Assembly (NCBI RefSeq): GCF_006345805.1
Contig: NC_043000.1
Span: forward strand, 3,162,001 to 3,226,000
Reading direction: 5' to 3'
From: Octopus sinensis
Lineage: Eukaryota
Length of the DNA stretch: 64,000 nucleotides
Shown here in pieces: positions 22,823 to 34,821 of the stretch; the first letter of the stretch is position 1; every line of letters begins with the position of its first letter. The notes beneath the pieces were generated by a model that was not told the origin of the DNA, did not search any database, and saw only the letters and a program-made list of their open reading frames with translations. A program made the position numbers and the translations under genes.

Positions 22823-23492
22823 CATACATACATTAATAAATTCAGAGTAGTAAAAAATTATTTAGAAATTTTTTACCACCAGTGGCCTAGCGTGCAGAAA
22901 AACTAGTCAATAGACTATATATTATTCATTATAAATACAGTGTACATTTAAACACATAAGAGATGGCCATAATAGGACATCTAACCTGCTAGAAGGAGTA
23001 GTTAAAATCCAAACCACTATTAGGGGTAATTTCGAAAGGGAATGAAAACTAAAAATATTTACCATCTATTTCCTGGACCATGGTTTCAAGCTATTTTTAC
23101 TTTATTTGCTGAAGATAGCTTGAAACTATGGTCCAGGAAATAGATGGTAAATGTTTTTATTTTTCATTCCCTTTCGAAATTACCCCTAATTGTGGTTTGG
23201 ATTTTAACTACTCCTTCTAGCAAGTTAGATGCCCTATTATGGCATCTCTTATGTGTTTAAATGTATACTGTGTATATATATATATATATATCATGGCTCA
23301 GCATCACGAACGAAGATCAGGAAGGCTGTCCACGTCGCGTGCATGCACACTCATGACTGACAAGTCCGATATGGAAAAGGCAGGTCTGTGAGCAGTTTCC
23401 ACATATATATATATTTTAGTATGTGACCTCGTGAATACCACCGGCGATTTTTTTCCTCTGTCCTCCCGTCTCAGGATCTTTCCTTCTCCTAT

Positions 23493-23527
23493 GTTTCTGA
23501 CGAAGAGCTCCGCTCGAAATGTCAAAC
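23493..23527 (+). ncRNA. Duplicate of the 22633-22667 hammerhead motif
   Basis: Identical sequence in the second copy of the 860-bp duplication, about 305 nt upstream of the last SLC2A13 acceptor. Confidence 0.75.
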
Positions 23528-23619
23528 CCTCCTTCTTCCCTTCTTTCCTGAGCGTCCAATAATACTTTATTTGTTCCACATCCTTGCGTTGTTGTCTTTT
23601 TGTTTTCTTGTTTGGATTA

Positions 23620-23682
<63 letters not shown>

Positions 23683-23832
23683 ATATCAATATATATGTGA
23701 ATCATGAATATACTCACACACACACATGCATCTGTGTTTATATGTATCTGAATAAAATGCTTTAAATGATGTATGTGAACAAACTTTAACATTGAACTGA
23801 CCAAACTTTTATCCCCTTTTCTCTATTTACAG

Positions 23833-24053
23833 GAACATTTTGGTTATACACAACACTTGCACTGCTGGGAGGTATTCTGCTAGCATTTATCTTGCCAGAA
23901 ACTAAAGGCAAAACCCTGGAGGAAGTCGAAGGTGTTTTTGCCAAGTCTTGGTGTGCGCAAGGTCCAATTTTACCGTCCGTCAAATCTATACAGTATGTCC
24001 ACATACGTGGTTTAAATCGGGACGGAAGGGAGTCAGAACTGGATTCTCCTTAG
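23833..24053 (+). CDS. SLC2A13: SLC2A13/HMIT last coding exon (TM12 and cytoplasmic tail)
   Basis: ctctatttacAG at 23831-32. Reads (G)TFWLYTTLALLGGILLAFILPETKGKTLEEVEGVFAKSWCAQGPILPSVKSIQYVHIRGLNRDGRESELDSP* with the PETKG motif and TAG at 24051-53. Confidence 0.95.
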
Positions 24054-24388
24054 GAATAACACAATAATGACAGCTGCACACTTTGGAACAGATCTATTTC
24101 TTCTTTTTAGCAGAGCCAGTATTCCATCTCCAATATTTGGCAGTTTAGTGGTAAATAATTAGAAAAATTAATGTTTTACAGATCTGATTCTCTCCTTCTC
24201 TCTCTCTCTCTCTCTCTTTAACTGTTTCATCCTTCCTGTTTCCTCCTCTCTTCCTCTTTACAATACTCATTTACATACAGTTGCACCCAGACACAGACAC
24301 ACATATGCAATGCATGCATACATTTTCAGATGCTCTCTTCTTTTGGAGGCCACACCACAAACACACACAGAGACACATACATGCACAC

Positions 24389-24527
<139 letters not shown>

Positions 24528-25067
24528 AATGTTGTTGAGTCGAGGCTTTTTGCATCCTGCTCTGAATAACACACAAAAGTCAACAGCCAAGTACATTAAT
24601 TAATTTTACTCAATAACATGTAGTATACACACACACTTACGTATATACACTTATATGCTTAAATACATTTATATATATACATATACACAAATGTATACAT
24701 ATACACACACACTCACAGACATAACACTCACACACACACACACATGCTATATATTTGTATACATACACATGAACATACATACACTCTCTTAGTAAGTAAC
24801 ATGGTGATTAAAAACCCGTTACACTGATCAAAACATTCACCAAAGTCTTATAAAATGTAGTATATAGTACTCCCAATTACTCACCAATTAACCAACCAGC
24901 AACACATTTAGCTTCATCTATTAATTAGTTTTGATGTAATCAATTGTTGAGTTAATTAATTTCTGTGAGATAAACAGACTATCAAATGTTAGTTCGTACC
25001 ATTGTTGGTAAACTAGACTGTAGTGAAAAATTACAAAGATTTAACAGCAAGTACAGTAAAAGCTATG

Positions 25068-25109
25068 CTTTGCTGATGAGGTCAGAATAAGACCGAAACA
25101 CGTCTGGAG
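25068..25109 (+). ncRNA. Minimal type I hammerhead ribozyme motif about 1 kb downstream of the SLC2A13 stop
   Basis: ctttg CTGATGA GGTC-agaataa-GACC GAA ACACGT C tggag: perfect helix II, GAAAC(A/G)CGTC signature, helix I with G:U pairs. Confidence 0.75.
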
Positions 25110-25477
25110 TTGTCTCCCATACTTTCTGGTAATAATAGAAATAGTATTAGTCATGGACTAATATTATTATTTTTCTCAACGTATAATTATTTCTAGTTAG
25201 CTTTTTAAAGCTCTTGCATTAAATTTGTTGATGCAAATTTAATAATTAAAATTTCTTTCCCATGCTGTAGCATTTCTGAAGAATTAATATCTTTGACTTC
25301 ATGTTTGATAAATTCAATCAAACAAGTCTTCTGGAAGATTCTGCAAACAGGTCCATCTTCAGCAGTAATCATGGCAATATGATAGTTTCTGCTCCTGTTA
25401 CACTTGTTTCTGCTTCCATGGTTATTTTAAAGTGATCAGTGTGTTTGCTTGTGGCCGTGTGTGTGCACGTACATGTT

Positions 25478-25516
<39 letters not shown>

Positions 25517-25699
25517 CATTTGGAATATATACAAGTGGAGCATATTACATTCTCAAAGGTTTGCATCGGAAGAATATTCTTGTTATAAAAGGATTTTAAA
25601 AATCCTATGAGGCATAATAAAATATGCTTAGAGTAATGGCATTTGTCTGCAAGAAAAATGATATATCATAAAATCTGATTAATGTATATATATGTGTGT

Positions 25700-25920
25700 A
25701 AGGTAGCGAACTGGTAGAATTGTTAGCACACTGGACAAAATACTTAGTGGCATTTTGTTCATCTTTATGTTCTGAGTTCAAATTCTGCTAAGGCTGACTT
25801 TGCCTTTCATCCTTTCAAGGTCGATAAAATAAGTACCAGTTGAACACTGGGGGAGGGGGTAGGTAATTGGCTTATTCCCTTTCTCAAAATCGCAGGCCTT
25901 ATGCCAAAGTTTGAAATCAA
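25700..25920 (+). mobile_element. Family-D SINE (diverged)
   Basis: ggtagcgaactggtagaattgttagcac ... gttctgagttcaaattctgc ... gataaaataagtaccagttgaacactgggg. Confidence 0.7.
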
Positions 25921-26463
25921 TATATATGTGTGGGTGTGGGTGTGCGCATGTGTATGTGTGTGTGTGTGTGTGTGTATGTTGTATTATGGCCATCACTTGG
26001 AATCAAGGCTGCCTTTGTAGCTTGTACCATGCTTTTACCAAATGTTTTAGATGCCCATGTAATTTACATGCAGATATAGATAGCATCTTACACTCTCAAT
26101 TCCCCCACCCTTGACTCAGGATGAAAGGGACACAGACACACACATATATGTATGTATACACATACATTCATACATATACTCAAAAATGCACACACACACA
26201 CACACACACAGATAATTAAAATTAATTAATCAAAGAAGGAGTGTTGATGTTCATGATCTTTGAAGGCATTCCCAAGCTGGCAAGATCAATGCAAATGTTG
26301 TTTATATATAAACGTGTGTGTCACATGTTTGTATGTGCGTGTGTGTGTGCGTGTGTATGTGCATGCATTTTTGTGTATGTCTGTGAGAGAGTGTGTGTGT
26401 GTGTGTGTATGTGTGTGTGTGTGTGTGTATGTGCATGTATTTTTGTGTATGTCTGTGAGAGAG

Positions 26464-26494
<31 letters not shown>

Positions 26495-27329
26495 ATGTGC
26501 ATGCATTTTTGTGTATGTCTGTGAGAGAGAGAGAGTGTGTGTGTGTGTGTGTGTATGTACTTTCCCAAAATACACTCATACACACAGTCGAATGAAGTCT
26601 ATATGGTTTCATTGGATCGGTAGAATTTGGAAGTTAGTAGAACTGCATTATTTCATCATATATATCACCAACCGACATTAGAATCTCACCAAAAATACTA
26701 GGACACAATTAGATTTACACTTTCCACTCCATTTACTGCTGCTCCTGCTACTACTGCTGCTGCTTTTGGCTTCTTTATTTCCTCATTTCTTTTATTCAAT
26801 CTTCTTTCTTCTTCAATCTCTTTCTGTGATAGAGATAGAGGGTAAGAGAGGAAAAGGCTTATAGTAAGAGAGAGAGAAGAGGAGTTGATAGAAGGATTGA
26901 GAGAGAATGGAGACAGAGACAGAGAGAATGAAAACTGAAGAGAGAGAGAGAGAGAGAGGGGGGAGAGTAGGAGGGAGAAAGGCAGAAGCTGTGACAGAGG
27001 TTGTGGGAAAGAAAGTGAGCGAGGGTGCAAAAGGGAGAATACTTAGAGAGAGAGAGAAAGAAAGAGTAAGAAAGAGTGAGAGGGAAAGAATTACAGATGG
27101 AATATCCTTAAAAAGAGTGAGAGAGAATTAAAGATAGATAAAGAGTGAGAGAGAGAGAGAAGTAGAAGCAGATATAAAGATGTAGAAAGAATACAGAGAG
27201 GAGGAGTGATTTTTTTATCTCGTCTTCTGAATGGACGTAATGTATGTAATAATTGCTACTTAATATCTCTGTGTTAAACATTGATCAGGGAATGACTGTA
27301 ATACTGTGCTAATATGCAAAGATGGTGGT

Positions 27330-28900
27330 GGTGGTGCTGGTGCAACGTGGCAGTAGATGTGGGTTAACATCATAGTAGTGGTGGGTTAACGTCATTAGTG
27401 TTGGTTAATATGATGTCAGTAGTGTTGAGGTAATATAGCGGCTGTGGTCAGTTAACTTGTCATTATTTGTAGGTTAATATTTTCGATGGTGGTCGGGCGG
27501 GGTAATATCTTGGTGGTGGTTAGATAATATAGTGGTTGCAGCCAGTTAACCTGTTAATAGACAGTGGGTTAACATGGAAGTGGTGGTATGGGGCAACATG
27601 TCAGTGGTGACTGGGGCAATGTGTTTGTGGTGGTGATATGTTAACATCATAGCAGTGATCAGTTAACCTATCAATAGTAGTGACCCAGTATGTAACAGGA
27701 GGTGCAGTAACATGTCAGTGATAGTGGGGTAATATGGCAGTTGTGGTCAGTTAACCATTAAACAGTGATGGGTTAACATGTGAATGATGTTGGGATAACA
27801 TAGCAGTTATAGTCAGTTAATCTGATTGTACTGATGAGTTAATATATCAGTGTTGGTGGGATAACATGTCAGTGATAGTGGGATAACTTCTCAGTGGTGA
27901 CAATAGGTTAACATCATTGTTAACCTATTAAGTTAAAATGTCATCGATAGTTTATTAACTTGTCAGTGCTCATGAGAAATCATATCTGTGGTGGTTAGTT
28001 AACCCATCAATAACAGTGGGTTAACATGTAACTGGAGGTGCAGTAAAATGTCAGTGATGTTGGGATAATATGGCAGTTGTGCTCAATTAACCTGTTAATA
28101 ATGTGTTAACATGCCAGGGTAACATGTCAGTTATCCCATCACTAACATGGGATAACATGTTAGTGATGGTCAAGGTTAACATTATTGTAATGATGGGTTA
28201 ACTTGTCAGTGGGGGTAGAGGAACTTGTCAGCACTAGTGGAAAAACATACCTGTGGTGATGAGGAAATAGAGCAGTGATCAGTTAACCTTCCAATAGTAG
28301 TGGGCTAACATGTCAGTGCTGGTGAGATAACATACAAGTGATGATGATAGGTTAACATAATAATGATGGGTTAAAATTTAAATGCTGGAGGGATAACATA
28401 TCATTGATGGTGATGGGTAACATCATTGCAGGGATGGGTTATCGTGTCAATGCTAATGAGGTAACATATCAGACATATCAATAATGCTGGTGGGGTAACA
28501 TCCTAGTAATTGGTTGTAATTAACATGTTAGTACCTGTGGGATAATGGGATAATATGAAAGTTATAATCAGTTAACCTGTCAGAAGTTGTCAGGTAAGAT
28601 GGTGTTGTGGATGGACATCGCAATAGTAGCGGTAGTTTGTTAACATGTCAAGGAAGCTGGGTTACCACATAAGTGTACATGTCAGTTGTGGGGTAAAATG
28701 TCAACAGTAGTGGGATAACAGAGGATCAACATAGAAATGATAGTGGATCAACATATCTGTAGAGATGAGGTATTATTATGTTAGTGGTGTTGGAACATAT
28801 CAGTGGATGTGGGATAACAGGTTAATAGTTGTGGGGTGACTCCATTGTGGTAGGGTGAGATAACGTGAGTGATATATTTACAGTAATGGGTTAATGTGAT
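27330..28900. repeat. 1.6-kb degenerate G/T-rich minisatellite (gggttaacatgtcagtggt-like units)
   Basis: Dozens of imperfect gttaacat, ggataacat and gtcagtg modules with strong strand asymmetry. Confidence 0.65.
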
Positions 28901-31164
28901 TGTAATAGGGATGTTAACTTTTAGATACATTATATAAGCCCTTAAAACAGTATTTATTGTTAATGTTTTGCTTGATTGATGAAATCAAAAGTAAAATTTA
29001 ATTCAAAGTTAGTGTAAAAGCTAAAAAAAAATCCCCCAAAAAATCATGAAACTTCAACTGAAATTATGAAATCTAATTCTATTTTGCTTGTTTTTTTTTA
29101 ATTCTTCCCAATAATTATAATTAATAGTAAAAATTATGAAAAATACAATCCCTTATTGATTAAATAGAATATTTGTTTTGAAAGTTCTTCTTTGAAAATG
29201 ATTTTTTTCTTTTAAATTATTCATTGTCTTTTGGTCTTTTGAATCGGAAATCTTAACTAGTAAAAATAAAAAAAAAGGAAAGAAAGAAAGAGAGAAAGAA
29301 ATATAGTTCCTTTTGAAGTTCTATGAAATGAAGAGGAAGCTAGCTGTGTTGCTTTCAAAGTCAAACCATTATGGTTTCAATATCAAATTTATGGATCTGT
29401 AAACAATATACAGGTGGGGAGTGGGGAAGAGGAAGCAGTATAATTTTTTTTTTTTTTGATATATTTGTATATCACAGAGTAATGAAGAGATTAAAAACCA
29501 TATGATGATGATGGTGTTGATGATTTGAGCTAAATATGAAGAGGGTGATGATATTGGTAGTGGTGGTGGTAAGGAAGCTGATGATGGTGATGATGATGAT
29601 AACGATGATGGTGATCAAGATCATGATGAGAAGAAAATGGAAGAGAAGTTTGATTAAATGACCAAAATACAAGAAAGATAATTATGGTGGTGATGTTGAT
29701 GTGACCAAATTGGCACATTTTTTGTCTCCTGATAGTATTTTATCTCCATTACGGCTCCCTACACTATTATATAATAGTCACCTCCTTATATCTTGCCCCT
29801 GTCTTCCTTACTTCTCCCTTGGAATAATTTTTTTCTCTTTTTGTCCCCCCCTCCTGACCCAGATATCACTTGTTATCTATCCCTCTAACCATCCATTAAA
29901 TAACAATAACAATAAAGACCCAAACCAGTGAGTGTGTTTATTATTACTGACATAATGACCCTCCCAAGGTTCAATAACTATCCGCAGATATTTCTAAATG
30001 TACGTCCTTCTCTTCCACCCCCAAAATGAAGGTCCTTGAACCAAGTAGAGATGTTTGGCGGGTACTAAACCATCACTATCACCATCACCACAATAACAAT
30101 CACAAGAACAGCAAGAACAAGGTCAGTAGCAATAACCAGGAGGTGTCAAAGAATAATTAACAGTCATTCTAACCTGAACAATATAAATCAACCTTTATTA
30201 AATTGTGTGAGGAAAAACAATATTTTTTCTCAAGAAAATATATTTTTCTTTGAGGAAAACCAGAAAGCACTAAAAAACCTCACACATTTGCTGTTAATAC
30301 AGGGATATACGGTCTAAAGTTAGGTGCCTTGTTTGGGTTTTCTGAAAGGAAATAAACAAACAGTTTGACATTTTCTTTGGCAATGATGGAACTACAAATG
30401 CTGAATGTGAAAGAAATTCTATGATATACTCTGTGATATAAACATGATATCAAACTTTTTTTTTTTAAGATACTAACAGGACAAATGCCAAAATACGATA
30501 ACACATCTGTATGAGCAATACCTATTTTATATTATAATTATTCGCTGGCTGTGACAATATTGTAGAGCTGGAGATAATTTCTTGATGTGTAAGGGCAGCA
30601 GTGATTTGAGTTCTTTGTTAAAACCAAGTACCTTCACTTTAAAACTGCTTATACACTGAGGAAATGCTTGAATGCCACAAAGCTCCCTGTTCTCTCTTAG
30701 AATATAAGGCCTTTGTGCGTAAAGAAAAGGCAGTCATATTATCATTTGGTATATAAATGTGGCTGTTATGCAACTGTATGAAATCAGCACAAGCAATATT
30801 GAAATATAATATTAATAATAATCATATAATTATAATAATGTTATAATGAGATAAATATCCGTGAAAATTCAGTAAATATCCATAAATATGCCACACAGTG
30901 AAATCCCTTATCATGAACTGAACATTCTAAAGGGAATATATTTCAAATTTATTGATAAAGATATGTGTATGAAAAAGTTAATGTTTGAACTTTTATAGAT
31001 TCCTTGAGTTTGATCCGGTTAAAATTAAGTTACATTTCAGTTCAAAAATATTGGCTATTGTTGAAATTTTTTCCAAATTTTACCAAAATTAGGACTATTT
31101 GTCTTGATCATTAAATAACAAATTATAAATTCAGTGTTAATATTTCTAGTAAATTTTAAAGCAG

Positions 31165-31330
31165 TGAGCTTAGCAGCATTGCATCTGTCTTTACATTCTG
31201 AGTTCAAATTCTGCAGAGGTCAACTTTGCCTGTCAGTCTTTCGATAAGTACCAGTTGAACACTGGGGTTTGATGTAATCAACATAGCCCCTCCCCAAAAT
31301 TGCTGGCTTTGTGCCAAAATTTGAAACCAA
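31165..31330 (+). mobile_element. Family-D SINE fragment
   Basis: cattctgagttcaaattctgcagaggtcaactttgcc ... gataagtaccagttgaacactgggg. Confidence 0.6.
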
Positions 31331-33162
31331 TATTTCCAATAAATGGCTGTTACTTCAAGTAATTATAGCAGTTTGGGGTTATATATCTGTTTTTTCTTTG
31401 ATTACATTAAATTTTAAAATCAATGGAAGTCCACCAAAATATTATTAGCCAAAATATCATATCAAAAATGTGACAAATATAAAGATAAAGGAATTAAACT
31501 ATTGAAATTCTTTAGAGGTTTTTTTTATAATTGCAAAAACCAAAACTACAAAATTATATCACTCTTTGATTAATTTTAGCCAACATAGCTAAGGCCATAC
31601 TAGAGTACCACCTTCATGTATTAAATAAATTTAATTTTTCTGATTAAGAAGTAATAAATCCTGTGGTAGCACCACCGAAATGTCTGACATCTAAAATGTT
31701 GTTATTTTGTGAGAGTTACAATGTTTGAATGAGTTTTATGTCAAGATTCTTGCAAAAGTTCTTTGTGGGTCCTTAGACCAAATTGAAGTGGAAGCTGGTG
31801 ATTATTGTGAGAAAAATGTTACTTTTGTGAGACAAAGAAGTAGGTTTGTTCCAAGATACGCAGTTGCTTTATTGTAAAATGAATTAGGACTTTAAATCTA
31901 TTGTTTCTTTAGACTGTTACTGTTCCTGTTGTTGTTTTATGGAGAAATTTATGTTATTTTTTCTTTTATTTCTCCTTTTGTATTTATATTTATTATTGTT
32001 GGTTTTGTTGTTGTTATTATTATTATTTATAGTTAAATTATAAATATTATTATTATGATTTTTATTAATATTATTATAATTAAAACAGATTTAATACTGT
32101 TAATGACGTTACTATTAAAACATTGTTAATTATCATTATTGCTACTAAAGTTTGTTTGCTATTTACTACTAATAACTAATGCTAATATTACTACTATTAC
32201 AAACAACCACCACCACTATACAACCACTGCCACTACTACCACCACCATTACTAATCCTACTACAACTCCTGACAGTTCTTTTCTCTTCCTAGATAATAAA
32301 GAAACCAAAAATCTTAAAAAAATTTTTTTAAATGTCCTAAGACACCTTAGAAAATTTATAGACATTGGAGAGAAGGGGAAAAAGAGAACAGTGTCTATTT
32401 TATCCTGCAGTGGTCTCCAGAAGTAGATGAAGAAGACAAAGCTGGAGGAAAGAGAACAGAAATATGACAGTTTCTGCTTTAAGAGTAGTTTTGTAAATGT
32501 TTTTGAGAAAATCTTGTATTTTTTTTAATATTTCTAACAACATAAAAAATTAGCTCATAGCTTCGTTAGTTGCTGTAGTTTGATGTCACAAGTGGATACA
32601 GTCAACAGAGCTATGTCCAACTGGTGACATATTTTATTAGATTAGTACACTAATTTTACTATGTGTGTGCATGTGTATGTATGTGTGTGTATGTATGTAT
32701 ATGTGTGTGTGTATTTTTGAGTGTCTGTATATTGTATATATATATATTCATACACATCTTTGTATATATGTATATATGTGTTATACGTGTGTGTGTGTGT
32801 GTGCACAAATCCATACATTTACATTTTGGCGTATGTACATCCTTAAAGATCTGTATATCTGTGTGTGCATCTTAGTATGTGCAGCTATACCAATATGTAC
32901 ATCTGTCTCCCTGTGCGCATATTTTCTTGTGTACATATCTGTACTGAATGCACATTTTTGCCTATGTATGCATTGTACCTTGTGTGTGCATCTATTAAAA
33001 TATACACATAGTATATGCATATACATGCATATATATTTCTCTGAAACTAAGCTATATTTACAAATCTGCAAATCAGATGTTTTGCAGACTGAGATGTACT
33101 CACTTAAATATGCACTTGCAAGCATAGATGCACACCCAGTCACAGATGCATGGTCAGACACA

Positions 33163-33390
33163 TGCACACCCAAGCACAGATGCATATCCAAGCACAGATG
33201 CACATCCAAGCACAGATGCACATCCAAGTACAGATGCACATCCAAGCACAGATGCACATCCAAGTACAGATGCACATCCAAGTACAGATGCGCATCCAAG
33301 CACAGATGCACATCCAAGCACATATGCACATCCAAGTACAGATGCACATCCAAGCACATATGCACATCCAAGTACAGATGCACATCCAGG
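33163..33390. repeat. 18-bp minisatellite (gcacatccaag(c/t)acagat), about 12 copies
   Basis: Regular 18-nt period, which explains the HPSTDA, QAQMHI and KHRCTS ORFs in the ORF track. Confidence 0.9.
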
Positions 33391-34118
33391 TGTACATACT
33401 GATGAAGTTACATATGCACTCACATAAGCATATATAATCGTATATGCACATAAAATCCTGTATGCACACACTGACAGATTCACATGCATACACAGTCACA
33501 CACACAAAGATACTTGTATGTGCAAATGCAGATGTACATAATGATACAAATGCACAAGCAGGCACAGATGCAGACATAAGCATAGATGCACACAAATAAA
33601 TACACACAGATGCACTCTCTGATGCAGATGCACATGTGCGTTAAAATGCATGCATAGATGCAGGTGCACTCTCTAACACAAACTTGCACAGGTGCACACA
33701 TTACATATTCACACATTGTTGTAGATGAAGACACAGACACATGCACAAAGTATCAGATAAGCACGTATGCTTTCACATATGCACATGCTTTATCACATGC
33801 GTTATCACATATGCACACAGACCAAGTGTCAGATATACATGCTACAAAACCAAGTACTTGAAGGAAGACCAAATTTCATTAGACTAGAATCCACTAACAA
33901 AGTATATCAGTAAAAATGACTGAACATAGCAATATTTTTTGTGATGAAATCCTCTTGTTTTCAATTTTAGCAATAATATAATCTGTTTCATTAACGAACA
34001 CAGATAATGAAGGCTGATGAGATTTGGTTGGGTGGTCAGCTTTCTTCAGACTTCTCACAAATGTATACACACACACACAGAGACACATACATACATATAT
34101 ATATATATAATATATATA

Positions 34119-34212
<94 letters not shown>

Positions 34213-34652
34213 TATACATACACAGACATGCACATACAAATATATGCTAATATATAGGTGTGTGTGTGTGTGTGTTCATAAATCTATATATACCTGAGTG
34301 TGCATCTATGAAATATACACATAGTATATGCATATACATGCATATATATTTCTCTGAAACTAAACTATATTTACAAATCTGCAAATCAGATGATTTGCAG
34401 ACAGACACAGATGGATGCATAGACTGCAGCTACATGCATATGCACATATATTAACATGGTTTTATGTATGTGTGTACATGTGCATGTGGTGTGTGTGTGT
34501 GTGTAAATTTCCAGTACACAGACATTTATCTTTGATCTAATGAGAGAAATTATTGCTTCCATGTGAAACAATCCAGATTATATATACACACACATACACT
34601 CATACATATATATACACATGTATCCACACATATATACATGTATACATATATA

Positions 34653-34694
<42 letters not shown>

Positions 34695-34706
34695 ATATAT
34701 ATATAA

Positions 34707-34763
<57 letters not shown>

Positions 34764-34789
34764 ATATATATATATACATATGTATATAT

Positions 34790-34821
<32 letters not shown>

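Larger units (their letters stand above)
21930..23650. repeat. Apparently perfect tandem duplication, period 860 bp
   Basis: 21961 onward matches 22821 onward, including (TA)n lengths inside the unit. Both junctions fall in (TA)n. Confidence 0.95.

Noticed and set aside
32411-32467. Possible alternative terminal exon after ttttatcctgcAG
   Set aside because: Splicing from the phase-1 GC donor gives a stop after five codons, and there is no homology support.
33128-33607. ORFs with HPSTDA, QAQMHI or KHRCTS repeats
   Set aside because: All six frames are open simply because of a stop-free 18-bp minisatellite. There is no splice or homology support.
33975-34055. CTGAAGA...GAAAC on the minus strand
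   Set aside because: No helix III or cleavage triplet, and no helix I complement after GAAAC.
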